The notes below the pieces were generated by a model that was not told the origin of the DNA, made no database searches, and saw only the letters and a list, made by a program, of their open reading frames with translations. From positions 5,309,492-5,373,491 of the forward strand of contig NC_090418.1 of assembly GCF_036365525.1 (NCBI RefSeq): DNA of 64,000 nucleotides, read 5' to 3'. Below, in pieces: positions 46,726-58,782 of this stretch (position 1 is the first letter of the stretch; each line of letters begins with the position of its first letter). This stretch comes from Heterodontus francisci. Its lineage: Eukaryota. The translations under genes and the position numbers were made by a program.

Positions 46726-49700
46726 GTTTAACCAGGAAAGAAAGAGAGAATATGTGTTGTAGGAACTGGCACGTAGCCCAAAGTGGGAGGGAAAGCTCAA
46801 CTGGGTCAGGCGACTGTTTAATGAACAGTCAAAGCCGTCTAAACAGCAAAGTAACGCCCATTGCCCCAGATTTTTGTAATGCAGGTCAGCCTTTTACATT
46901 GTTGTTGTTGGCATGATGACTCAAACTGTAATATACTACAGGGTTCCCATCTCTTGTTGGACATCAGCAAAATTAAAGACCACTGTATTAAAAAACAGTG
47001 GCAGCTCGGATGCAAAACTGGCTAAGGGACAGAAAGCAGACAGGAGGGACATTTAGTGATGTCCCCCCAGAGGTCAACATTAGGACCACTACTCTTTCTG
47101 ATAATATACCAGTGACCGGGGCATAGTTTCCAAAGTTTGCAGACGACACGAAACTCAGAAATGAGGAGGACAGTAACAGACTTCAGGATGATGCGGACAG
47201 ACTGGTGAAACGGGCAGACACGGGGCAGAGGAAATGTAACGCAGAGACGTGTGAAGTGATACATTTTGGTGGGAAGAACGAGAGACAGCATGAATGAAAA
47301 GCTGCAGCGTTAAAGAGGGGGTAGGAACAGAGGGGCTTGGGCGTGTATGTAGAGAAATCTTTGAAAAGAACCTGGAGGTGGTGGCATTCCCATGCACTTG
47401 CCGGCGCTGGGCGATCGGCCCGGTTTTATTCTAACTCGACTTTTCTCTAGCGGTTTGATACAACTGAGTGGTTTGCTCGGCCATTTCAGAGGGCAGTTAA
47501 GAGTCAACCACATTGCTGTGGGTCTGGAGTCACCTGTAGGCCAGACCGGGTAAGGACGGCAGATTTCCTTCCCTAAAGGGCATTAGTGAGCCAGAATTTT
47601 TTTTTAATTAAACAACAATCCAGTAGTTTCATGCTCACCATTACTGTTAGGAGCCTTTTAATATCAGATTTATTTAATTAACTGAATTTAAATTTCTCGG
47701 GTGCCATGGTGGGACGTGTCTCCAGCTCACTAGCCCAGTAACCTCACTATGCTATCGTACCCATCTCAGTCTGATTTCACCTGACACCGAGGGTGAAAGT
47801 GTTTCAGTTGGGATAGTGGAGACATCAAATTGTAAGTCACGTCCATCAGACATTCAGGCCTCTTCCAAGCTTCCAGGTCGCAGTGTGAACGGGGCGCGAT
47901 TCTCGTTGTGGATCTATAGTTTCACTGCCAACAGCCCATTCATCCTTTTGTACTGAGAAAATGACCAATAGGATCGTCAGGCCCTGGCTGAGGCCTCGAG
48001 TGAGGTACATGAGCAAATCGGAGGCCCCTCCCCCCCCACTCACTCCACACCTCGTGTCCTCCAGAAACGTCAGCTCATCCCAAACTCAGCTCCCCCACCT
48101 CCTAACCCACACCAACAGCTGAATGTCTGCTTTGGGACCAATGGTGGTGGGGGCAACAGTCACTGACGCCTGGGAATTTGACCGGGGCGCCCCCTTAATG
48201 GGCATGGAGACGAGTTCCGTGGTGGCAGGACTGTTCTCAAAGTTTGAGGGCCCATATGGGCCCCAGTATTTCCAGGCCCCACCGCCTCCGTTCCTGACTT
48301 CAGTGGGGCGTGAAAATTCAGCCCCAAGTCCCTCTCAACCTGCACCCCTTGTGCTCATCGACCTACTATGGCTCCCGGTCTGCCATTGCCTTGATTTTAA
48401 AATACTCATCCTCCAGATCTCTGTAACCTCCTCCAGCCTGACGGCCCTCCGAGATCTCTGCGCTCCTCCAATTCTGGCCTCTTGAGCATTCCCTGATTTC
48501 CATCGCTCCACCGCTGGCGGCCGTGCCTTCCGCTGCCTAGCCCCCAAGCTCTGGAATTCCCTCTCCTAAACCTCTCCGCCTCTCTCTTCTCCTTTAAGAC
48601 TCTCCTTAAAACCGACCTCTTTGACCCAGCTTTTGGTCGCCGGTCCTAATCTCTCCTTTTGTATCAAATTTTGTCTGATAACTGCTCCTGTGAAGTGTCA
48701 GGTCAATTTACCACTTTAAAGGCACTATATAAATGCAAATTGTTGCTATCGAAAGGCTCACGACTTTTCCCAGTCTCTTATCGTTTGCATAATTTCGTGT
48801 GAAAGGTTAAATCAGGATTTAATAGTAGTTTTCAACCTGCTAAGATCCTCTTGCCAGAACACGGAAAGTTGGAGCAAGATGCGTGTTCGATCATGTTTCC
48901 TTCAGGGAGAACCACAGGATTTTGCCTGAGCAATCAAGAAAATGGATGCTTTTGGCAAAGGTTATGGGTTGCAAGACATGTTCCAACATTACAACCCCGT
49001 TGCAACTTGGAGGTAAAGGACTTTGGGATGTGGTGAAAGGCATTGGGGAAATAACAGTTCTGTGTTTTCTGTTAAATGCTGATAAATAAAGCCTTGCATT
49101 TCAATAGCACCTTTCACCCCGCCCCCCGGCGCATCCCCAAAGCACTTTCAGATACTTTTTTAAAAAAAGTGTAGTCGCTGTTGTAATGTAGAAAATGCAG
49201 CAGCCAATATGCGCACAGCAGAATCTCACAAACAGCAATGTGGTAATGACAAGATGATCTGTTTTTCGTGAGATTGGTTATGGGATAAATATTGACGGCA
49301 GGACACTGGGGAGAACTGCCCCCAGCTCTTCTTGGAAACAGTGGTCCTGCAGAATCTCCCATGAGCACCCAAGAGAGCAGCTGGGCCCTCAGTTTAAGAA
49401 ATCACCCAAAGGACAGCACCTCTGACAGTGCAGAGCTGGGGGGCACATGGGGGGGGTCAGAGGAAATTCTGTGCTCACGTATGTGGAGTGGGTCTTGAAG
49501 CCACAACTTTCTGACTCAGAGGCTGCGTTACAGCTGACAACAAGCTTACCACTTAGTCTCACTCCCCTGCTTTTTCCCCATAGTCCTGCAAAAAGTTTCT
49601 TTTTAAGCGCACATGTAAATGCATCACTGGGTGCAGGAATAGAGCAACTTGCAATTGTACTCAACAGTCTTTGAAGGTGGCAAAACAAGTTGGCAACGTT

Positions 49701-49859
49701 GGCTTTATTGATAGAGGCGGAGAGTGCAAAAGCAAAGATGTTATGCTGAACCTTTATAAAGCACTGGCTCGCCCACAATGCGAGTCTTCTCTCCAATTCT
49801 GGGCACTATTCTTTAGAAAGGATGCTCGGAAAAGGTGTAGAGGAGATTTACCAGAATTT

Positions 49860-50690
49860 ATTCATTCTGGAATGTGGGAGTCTCTGGCTAGGCCAGAATT
49901 TATTGCCCATCCCTAATTGCTCGAGAAGGTGGTGGTGAGCTGCCTTCTTGAACCGCTGCAGTCCATGTTGGGTAGGTACACCCACAGTGCTGTTTGGGAG
50001 GGAGCTCCAGGATTTTGATCCAGCGACAGTGAAGGAACGGCGATATAGTTCCAAGTCAGGATGGTGTGTGACTTGGAGGGGAACTTGCAGGCGGTCGTGT
50101 TCCCATGCATTTGCTGCCTTTGTCCTTCTAGGTGGTAGAGGTCGTGGGTTTGGAAGGTGTTGTTGAAGGAGCCTTAGTGAGTTGCTGCAGTGCATCTTGT
50201 AGATGGTACACACTGCTACCACTGTCTGTTGGTGGTGGAGGGAGTGAATGTTTATGGTGGTGGATGGGGTGCTGATCAACTGGGCTGCTTTGTTCCTGAG
50301 TGTTGTTGGAGCTGCCCCCATCCAGGCAAGTGGAGAGTATTCCATCACACTCCTGACTTGTGCCTTGTAGATGGTGGACAGGCTTTGGGGAGTCAGGAGA
50401 GGAGTTACTCGCACAGAATTCACAGCCTCTGACCTGCTCTTGTAGCCATAGTATTTATATGGCTGGTCCAGTTAAGTTTCTAGTCAATGGTAACCCCCAG
50501 GATGTTGATAGTGGGGGATTCAGCGATTGTAATGCCATTGAATGTCAAGGGGAGATGGTTAAATTCTCTCTTGTTGGAGATGGTCATTGCCTGACCCTTG
50601 TGTGGTGCAAATGTTACTTGTCACATCAGCCCAACCCTGAATGTTGTTCAGGTCTTGCTGCATGCAGGCACAGACTGCTTCAGGATCTGA
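49860..50690 (-). mobile_element. Non-LTR retrotransposon 3' fragment (same family as 21790-23210)
   Basis: LSTIYKAQVRSVMEYSPLAWMGAAPTTL...YKMHCSNS...WSSLPNS peptides. Confidence 0.8.
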
Positions 50691-53600
50691 GGAGTTACTT
50701 CAGTTATGTGGAGAGACTGAGCAAGTTCTCCTTAGAGCAGAGAAGGTGAAGAGGAGATTTAATAGAGGTGTTCAAAATCATGAGGGGTTTTGATAGAGTA
50801 CGTAAGGAGAAACTTTTTCCAGTGGTGGGGTGTTTGTCAATTATCTTGAATCTCTCTCCTCTGCCTACCAAAGGAAAGGGAGGCCCCACGAGGAAAACAG
50901 TTTTTACACAGCAAGTTGTTGTGATCTGGAATGCATTGCTTGACAGATCGAAGGATGATGATTCAACTCTCTAAAGAGAATGAGGTTAAGTACTTGAAGA
51001 AAAAATAACAAGAGTTATAAGAAAGAGCAGGGGAGTGGGGCTAATTGAATAGATCTTTCAAAGATGCAATGAGCAGAATGGCCTCCTTCTGTGCTGTTTT
51101 TGTATGAAGCTACACTGAGGACCCTCAGCCTGACAATATGGAAGATGGTGAGGAAATAGGGCGTTTTCAACAATTAACTGCAGCCAGAACTTGGTTATTT
51201 TAAACCAACTTCATCTGAACAATCCCTGCTTCCCTGCATCAAGAGACACGTCCAACACCTAGCCCACTCCTTCCACTGTCCCAATCTCTCCACCATTGGC
51301 AGCCGTGCCTTCAGCTAAACTCTGGAATTCCCTCCCTAAACCTCTCCGCCTCTCTCTCTCTCCCACTTTATGACGCTCCTTAAAACTGACCTCTCTGACC
51401 AACCTTCTGGTCGCCTGTCCAAATATCTCCCTATGTGGCTCGGTGTCAAATTATGTTTGATAACACTCCTGTAAAGCACCTTGGGACATTTTACTATGTT
51501 AAAGTCACTATATAAATGCAAGTTGTTGTTATTGTAGACAGCAGAGAGAACAAAATGCTTGCAGTGTTTGTCCGCTCCGGGTCTTAAGCTTCTCCTTAAA
51601 GCTGTGTTGCCATGGGACTGTTTTGGAGATATTTGCAATTCCGCCTGTCTTGATGGTTTAACATCAGTGTTGTATTCACGTGCAGGGAGTTTAAAACATT
51701 GGAAAGTCCCTTCCTAACAGGATAGGCGTTCCTTTCCGAATTCCAGCCGTGAAGTCCTTGTTCTGAAGTGTAGTCACTGTTGTAATGTCGGAAATGTAGC
51801 AGCCAATTTGCACATAGAAAGCTCCCATAAACAGCAATGTGATAATGACCAGATCATCTGTTCCAGTGATGTGGGTTGAGGGATAAATATTGGTCCCAGG
51901 ACATCGGAAAGAACTCCCCTGCTTCCCTTTGAAATAGTGGCAGGATCTTTTAGGCTCACCTGGGTGGGCAAATGGGGCTTCGGTTTAAGACCTCACTGAA
52001 AGACGGCACCTCCGACAGTGCAGCACTCCCTCAGTGTCTGCCCAGATTTTGCGCTCAGGAATCTAGAACAAGCCCTGGGCACGAATATCCACTATCACAC
52101 ATGCCCGCCCAATCATTATAAAACCTTCTGGCACATAAGGAGGCCATTCAGCCCTTCCTGCCTGTATCAACTCTTTGAAAGAGCTATCCAATTAGTCCCA
52201 CTCCCCCCTCTTGTGATTTTCACCTTTTCAAGTATTTCTCCAATTCCCCTTTTGAAAGTTACTATTGAATCTGCTTCCACTGCCCTTTCAGGCAGCGCGT
52301 TCCAGATCACAACAACTCGCTGTGTAAAATAAATTCTCATCTCCCCCTCTGGTTCTTTTGCCAATTGTCTTAAACCTGTGTCCCTCTGGTTACCAACACC
52401 CCCCCACTGGAAACAGTTTCTCCTTATTTACCCTATCAAAACTTTCATAATTTTGAACACCTCTATTAAATATCCCCTTAACCTTCTCTGCTCGAAGGAG
52501 AACAATCCCAGCTTCTCCCAGTCTCTCCACATTAACTGAACTCCCTCATACCATTCCAGTAAATCTCCTCTACACCCTCTCCAAGCCCTTGACACTCTAA
52601 AATATGGTCACCACAATACCTCAGCCAACTGCAGTCCCTGGTACCACACTGGTAAATCTCTCTAAGGAATGACTCCGAAGCAGGCCCTTTCTGTCTCTCC
52701 ATAATGCAACGGGACACAATGTGGGGGTGCAGGGCAGAAGACTCAAAAGAACACACGGGGATAAATCTGGAATAAAAAATATTTAATAAAATATAATACC
52801 GACAATGCCTTCTCTTAGCAGCAACATTACAAAGCTTCACTTGAGAGCTAACCTCCCCTTTACTGAGAGTGGAGAGGAGTTCTCAAATCAATTGCCTCCC
52901 GCTGTTCACAGTTATAGAAATAATGCCAACACTTTGGGTGGGAATCTTTACCCGGGGGTTGCCAACTCTCCCTGGATGCATTCCTGGAGCTTTCATCACA
53001 TGACCTCCTGTCTCCCTCTGCCCTGCCCCCACACTTCCATTGGTTGCCTGACATGTCCATCCTCGTGGCGCCCAATCCCACAGCCAATCAGAAAGCAAAC
53101 AGCCTCCTCCCAGTTGGATGATCCTTGAGTTGTCTCCCCCCGCCCCAACGTCCAATATTTTTGAAACGAATAAAAACATTTTTTTGGGGGGGGAAAAAAA
53201 GCACTTTTTTTTTGTTAACTCCTCCACAATGGTTTCCCTCCTGGAGACGCTCGCAGCCGAGACCTGTGGAACTAAATCTTTCATTCTTGAAGCTCAGGGA
53301 AATCCTGGAGGGTTGCCAACCCCATCTTTACCCCAGGAACACACAAAAAGACAGGACACAAGTACCCGAAAAAGCACAGAGCTTGAACAACACAAACAGC
53401 ATATAACTCACATTCTTAGTTCATCAGCTTGGTCCTGAGGGAAGGCATTAGCGCAGGCTGCTGCTTTTTAAGCACCCCCCCACCCCCAGCTTCAAATCCC
53501 TCAGGAATGGACATCAGTCTCCTCCTCACAGCCAGATGGCTCCAACACTTCAAAGTGTTCGGGGGAAATCTTAATCCAGTCAGGGTGGGTTCACAGTGTT

Positions 53601-56600
53601 CATTTAACAACCTCACTCACTCAGGCGGCAAGGCGGCTGGTCTGGGAGTCAGGAGGGGTTCACACAACACAAGAGCAACATGTCTTCGCATCCCTCTCAC
53701 TCCACGCACAGCTAATCCCGAAGTGTACAACAAGCTCCCCAAAATGGGATGACAAACTTGGCCAAACCTTTATCTTTTCTGTACTAATTCTCGAGATGTG
53801 GGCATTGGCCATTCCTCTTTGCTCCTCGAGGTGGTGCTGGAATCTGAGTGAGGCCATTTCAGAGGGAAGTGTCCAGCACGATGGTGTGGGACTGGTCATA
53901 GAGGTCCAGACCGGGTAAGGACGACCTGTAGGGTTCATCCTCAAAGTGCCATGGTGGGATTTGAACTCACGTTCCCTGGATTATGAGTCCAGGGATTACT
54001 TGTCTAGACACATAATGGCTACACACACTACTGTACCAGCATTAAACCTATTTTTGGTAATGTTGGTAGAGGGATAGATATTGTCACAAGACACTAGGTG
54101 GAGCTCCCCCGTTCATCTTCAAAATAGTGACCGTGGGATCTTTAATGTCCACCTGAGGGGGCAGACAGGGCCCCAGTTTAATGTCTCATATGAAAGACAG
54201 CACCTTCAACAGCGCGGCGCTCCCTCAGTACTGCCCCTCCGACAGTCCGTCACTCCCTCAGTACTGACCCTCCGACTTCGTGGCGCTCCCTCAGTACTGA
54301 CCCTCCGACAGCGCGGCGCTCCCTCAGTACTGACCCTCCGACAGTGTGGCGCTCCCTCAGTACTGCTCTGGGACTGTCAGCCTGGATTTTGTGCTCCGAT
54401 TGTGCTCTGAAGGCACAGTTGGGAGGCCGGGAGTAGAGTAACCATATTTGTGCTAAGCCACACCCACCTGTGAGTGCTTGGTGCTCAGAATAGGTGGAAA
54501 GAAGAAAATGTGTTCATCACCAATATCCTCTCAGTTTTACCTGCACCCTGGAAGAAGCAGGCACCAAAAGTGCGACTTGCACACAGAATCTTATGGTAAT
54601 AGGGGTCATCCTTAGTACTGACCTATCAGCTGGACACTCAGAGATGCCTTAAATTCAAAAGAGATTCTCCTCACTGATAGAAGCTTGAGAAAGCTACAAT
54701 TTATACACCAGGTTACATTATGTGTTCAGTCCTATGTACAGTAGGATTGCGGCTGGCACCAGACAATGGTAATAAACAATGCTCACGGATTCAATGAAAC
54801 TGTGAGATTGTGGGAGTGGTAGAGGGGGATCGGGGGGACGTTTGCAGGCGGAAACAAAGACCCTCAGCAGCCGTGGGTCGAGTGCTGGTGATGGAGTTTC
54901 ATCCAGGTGTAGTCCCCAATTCTGCGCGCGCCCACCTCCCCTCCCCTCCCTATCTCACACACTCACCGAGATTGCAGCTCCCACCCTCGTTCACCATTGA
55001 CGTTCTGGCTAGACCTCAGCTCCTCGGGTGACCAGGGCGACAGGCCCTTTGAGGAAGCTGGCAGCACAGCCGATGGCCTGCGTTACGGCACCATGACAGA
55101 GTTCGAGTATGGCTGCACTGGACTCCTTAAAGAGAGACGCACGCCCGTGAGGAGGGAAGAGGCAAGGAAACGTCATTCTCAACAATATATTACGCCAACA
55201 ATATTCAACCTCAACTCGACGAATCGCAAAACAGTTAAATATAAATAATATACATATATATATAAAATATACATAAAAGACAGCCCCCAGAACAAAGCTG
55301 TTGAGGCTGGGGGTCAATTGAAAATCTCCCAACTGAGATTGATAAAAAAAAATGTCTTAGTATTAAAGGGTTACAGAACCCGAAGCTAGTAGATGGAATG
55401 ACGATACAAATCAGCCATGTTCTCACTGAATGGCGGAACAGGCTTGAGGGGCTGAATGGCCTCCACCTGTTGCTATGAAACGCAAAGGTGGTGCGGTGGG
55501 GGGGCGGTTACATCATCGGTCAGCGACACAAGGCGGCGCAGGTTCGGACATTACTGGCTCAGCAAGAATTCAGGCCTCCCCATGGGCTGGGGGGGCGGGG
55601 GGGGGGGGGGGGGGGAAAGAGGCCAGCCCGGGTCACAGTTACCAATTTGGGCCCGATTTTTAACTCTCTCAAAACCCATTCACTTACACAGAATTATCCC
55701 TCTCCCCAGTCCAGGTCAAATCGTCCACAATGTACTTTATAACTACAGGCCATCAATAGAAGAGAGTCACTCATAAATCCAATGGGGAATTCAGGAGTAA
55801 CTTCTTTACCCAGAGAGTGGTGAGAATGTGGAACTCGCTCCCACAGTTGCAGGAAAGCTCCACCGACCTGCACTGGCTCCCAGTCCAGCAAGTGGCCATC
55901 ATAAAATAAAATTCTCATCCTCGTCTTCAAATCCCTCCTTGGTCTCATCCCCTCTCTAACTCTGTCACCTCCTCCAGCCCCACAACCCTCAATGCTTTAA
56001 TTTTCAATATTATTCCTTACTCCCTCCCTTCCATCCCATAAACAGGCTCACAATTTCCACAACGGTTCCCGACTCCAGTCGGATGGATTTCTGGAGATTT
56101 GATCAAATGACACCCCCTCCCCCAACCACCCAACACTCCCGCTATTGGTCACCGGACATGTCCATCCTCACGGAGCCCCACCCCCTACCATCCCACGGCC
56201 AATCAGAAAGCAAGCAGTTTCTTCCTCGATGGTCAAACCGCCATTTCCCCCCTCCCCCCCCCCCCCCACAGTCTCCAATCTTCTGACAAACTGGTAAGCA
56301 AAAATTACTCAAAGGAATTTGAATATAATTTTTTTTCTCTCTCCCGGTTCCCCTCTGATTGTTCTCCCAAGTTTGCTCAGAGCAATTGTCCTCGAGATTC
56401 ATCCTTCATTCCTGACAATTTCTCCTCGGAGAAATGGCGGCCCCCCCCCCCCCCCAGCACATCAAACGGCCACAGAGCGGGAAATCCTCTCCAGACGGAC
56501 ACACAGGCCGCGCTACTGCACTGCTGCCCTCGGCACCTCCCTCTGCTGCAGACACCGGGGTCCGGTTTCGCTGACCCTTCACGTGCGGCCCTGGATGGCG

Positions 56601-57174
56601 GACTATTCGACTGCAGGGGCATCGCAACTGAACTCTGCAACCGCCCCCCCCCACCCCACCACTTCCCTCAACCCCCACAGTTCCTGAAGGAAGTCATCAA
56701 ATGGTGATCAGGAGCATCCCTTCACCCCTTCCCCCACACCCCCCCTCACCCCTTCCCCCACACCCCTGCCCTCACACCCCTCCACCCCCCCCTCACCCCT
56801 GCCCCCACACCCCTCCACCCCCCCCCTCACCCCTTCCCCCTGCCCCCACACCCCTCCACCCCCACAGCGGAGGTCAGCAGTCTCAGTACAGAAACAGGGA
56901 CCCATATCTAACATCTGCCTTGGGAAGCATAAAGAACTTGTTTTAAACAGTGAAACTGCCCTAGAGTCCTGGCAGGAAGGGAGGGCTCCATCTCAGGGCA
57001 ATCCAGAGACTTTCTCCGCGTTTAAATGTTGAGATAATGTCCCTAAGTCGTTAGTGGGAGGGATCGCTCGCCACTCCAGGCAACAGCGCTGGTTAAAGCA
57101 GGAAAACTGTGCCCCTATCTCTGACGTTGTGGTTTTATGTCTGAAAAGTCTCGACGATATGCAGCGGGACCCAT

Positions 57175-57178
<4 letters not shown>

Positions 57179-57210
<32 letters not shown>
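57179..57210. repeat. (CA)n microsatellite just downstream of the TWEAK stop codon
   Basis: Directly visible. Confidence 0.95.
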
Positions 57211-57212
<2 letters not shown>

Positions 57213-57236
57213 ACAAAGACACTGCTGTGGCTTCCT

Positions 57237-57482
57237 TTAAAGTTTAAACAGTCCAAAGTAGGTGAATGTCTTGGTTTTCAGGCGCACTCCTGCAATGCTG
57301 TAGATGGCGATCCGAGATTCCTTCATGAGCCTGACTAAACCGGACGCTTGGCACGAATGGACGGTCAGCTGCTGGCCGTAGAGAGGGGTCGGGGGCAAAC
57401 CCTGCAGGCACTTAAAGGTCACCAAGTTGTCCACCTTCACGTCCAGCTTTAAGTAGGCTGTGGTGTTGTCATCGCAGTGAAC
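57237..57482 (-). CDS. TNFSF12: TNFSF12 (TWEAK) last exon: VHCDDNTTAYLKLDVKVDNLVTFKCLQGLPPTPLYGQQLTVHSCQASGLVRLMKESRIAIYSIAGVRLKTKTFTYFGLFKL*
   Basis: Acceptor tatttgcag, phase 0. Matches TWEAK VHFDE..VYLKLD..VD..RCL...CQVSGL...TYFGLF. Confidence 0.9.
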   Translation of the reverse strand, partial: VHCDDNTTAYLKLDVKVDNLVTFKCLQGLPPTPLYGQQLTVHSCQASGLVRLMKESRIAIYSIAGVRLKTKTFTYFGLFKL

Positions 57483-57654
57483 CTGCAAATACATCAAGAG
57501 AGAGGTAACAGTGACAGGAACATTCAGTCACAGTGTCTGGAATCAGCTGTCGCTCGGTGGGTCGCTCACTCTCTTTCTCACCTCTGAGTCATAGGCCGGG
57601 GGTTCAAGTTCTGCTCCAGAGAATTGAGCACAAAATCCAGGCCAACACTCCCAG

Positions 57655-57915
57655 TGCAGTACTGAGGGAGTGCTGCACTGTCGGGGGGTCAGTACCGAGG
57701 GAGTGCTGCACTGTCGGGGGGTCAGTACCGAGGGAGTGCTGCACTGTCGGGGGGTCAGTACCGAGGGAGTGCTGCACTGTCGGGGGGTCAGTACCGAGGG
57801 AGTGCTGCACTGTCGGGGGGTCAGTACCGAGGGAGTGCTGCACTGTCGGGGGGGTCAGTACCGAGGGAGTGCTGCACTGTCGGGGGGGTCAGTACCGAGG
57901 GAGTGCTGCACTGTC
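57655..57915 (+). repeat. 33-bp tandem expansion (~8 copies) inside a SINE
   Basis: Unit AGTACCGAGGGAGTGCTGCACTGTCGGGGGGTC. A smaller expansion of the same segment lies at 54215-54365. Confidence 0.92.
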
Positions 57916-58663
57916 GAAGGTGCCGTCGTTCGGATGAGACGTTAAATCGAGGTCCCATTGCCTGTGTGGGTGGATGGAGAAGAACCTGTGACATTATTTG
58001 AAAGGAGAGCAGGGGGAGTTCTCCCTCGTATCCCGGGGCTAATACGCATCCCTCAATCAACATTACAAAAGGAAAATGATCTGTTCATTATCCCATTGCT
58101 GTTTGTGGGATCTTGCTGTGCGCAAATCAGCTGCTGTGTTTCCTACATTACAACAGTAGACTACACTTCAAAAAAGTGCATCATTGGCTTTGAGATGTCC
58201 GGTGGTGGTGAAAAGTGTTACAGAAAAGCAAGACTTTCTTTCTGTCCATATAAAATAGCGTATCACTCCACTTACTGCGAGGATAGAGAGGGACAGAGAC
58301 AGGTATAGAGAGAAACAGGGAGGGAGTAGGTAATCTATTCAGCCTTGGAGAGCAATGATGCAGCAACTATCTGCTGCCAGTCGATTGCTGGGGATTGCAC
58401 AGTCTGCCCACTTACAGGGCTGTTGCTGCCCCTATTACTGTAAAGCACATTAACTTCAAAATAACAGTTTCACCATCGGACTTCCCGAGAAAGGCCACAG
58501 ACAGACCCAGTTACAGAGAAAGTTACAGAGGGGGATGAGGCCACGGAGGGATTTGAAAACACGGACGAGAATTTTAAAATTGAGGCAGTGCTGGACCGGG
58601 AGTTTGGGGCAAAAAAAATCCCCCAATGCTTGGACAAGCTACCGCTGTTAATGAGACACTTAC

Positions 58664-58782
58664 CTGACTGTACAGGAAGTAGACTCCGTCTTTGCGAACG
58701 GTGAAATCTCCAGTCTTATTGTTATACTGCAGAGGACTTTTCACCCGTAGCTGGCGTTCTGACCACTGTCTGATGATCCCAC
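58664..58782 (-). CDS. TNFSF12: TNFSF12 (TWEAK) penultimate exon: GIIRQWSERQLRVKSPLQYNNKTGDFTVRKDGVYFLYSQ
   Basis: Acceptor ttttttgacag, donor CAG|GTAAGT, phase 1/0. Matches TWEAK W.E......SPLRYN..GEF.V...GLY.LYCQ. Confidence 0.9.
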
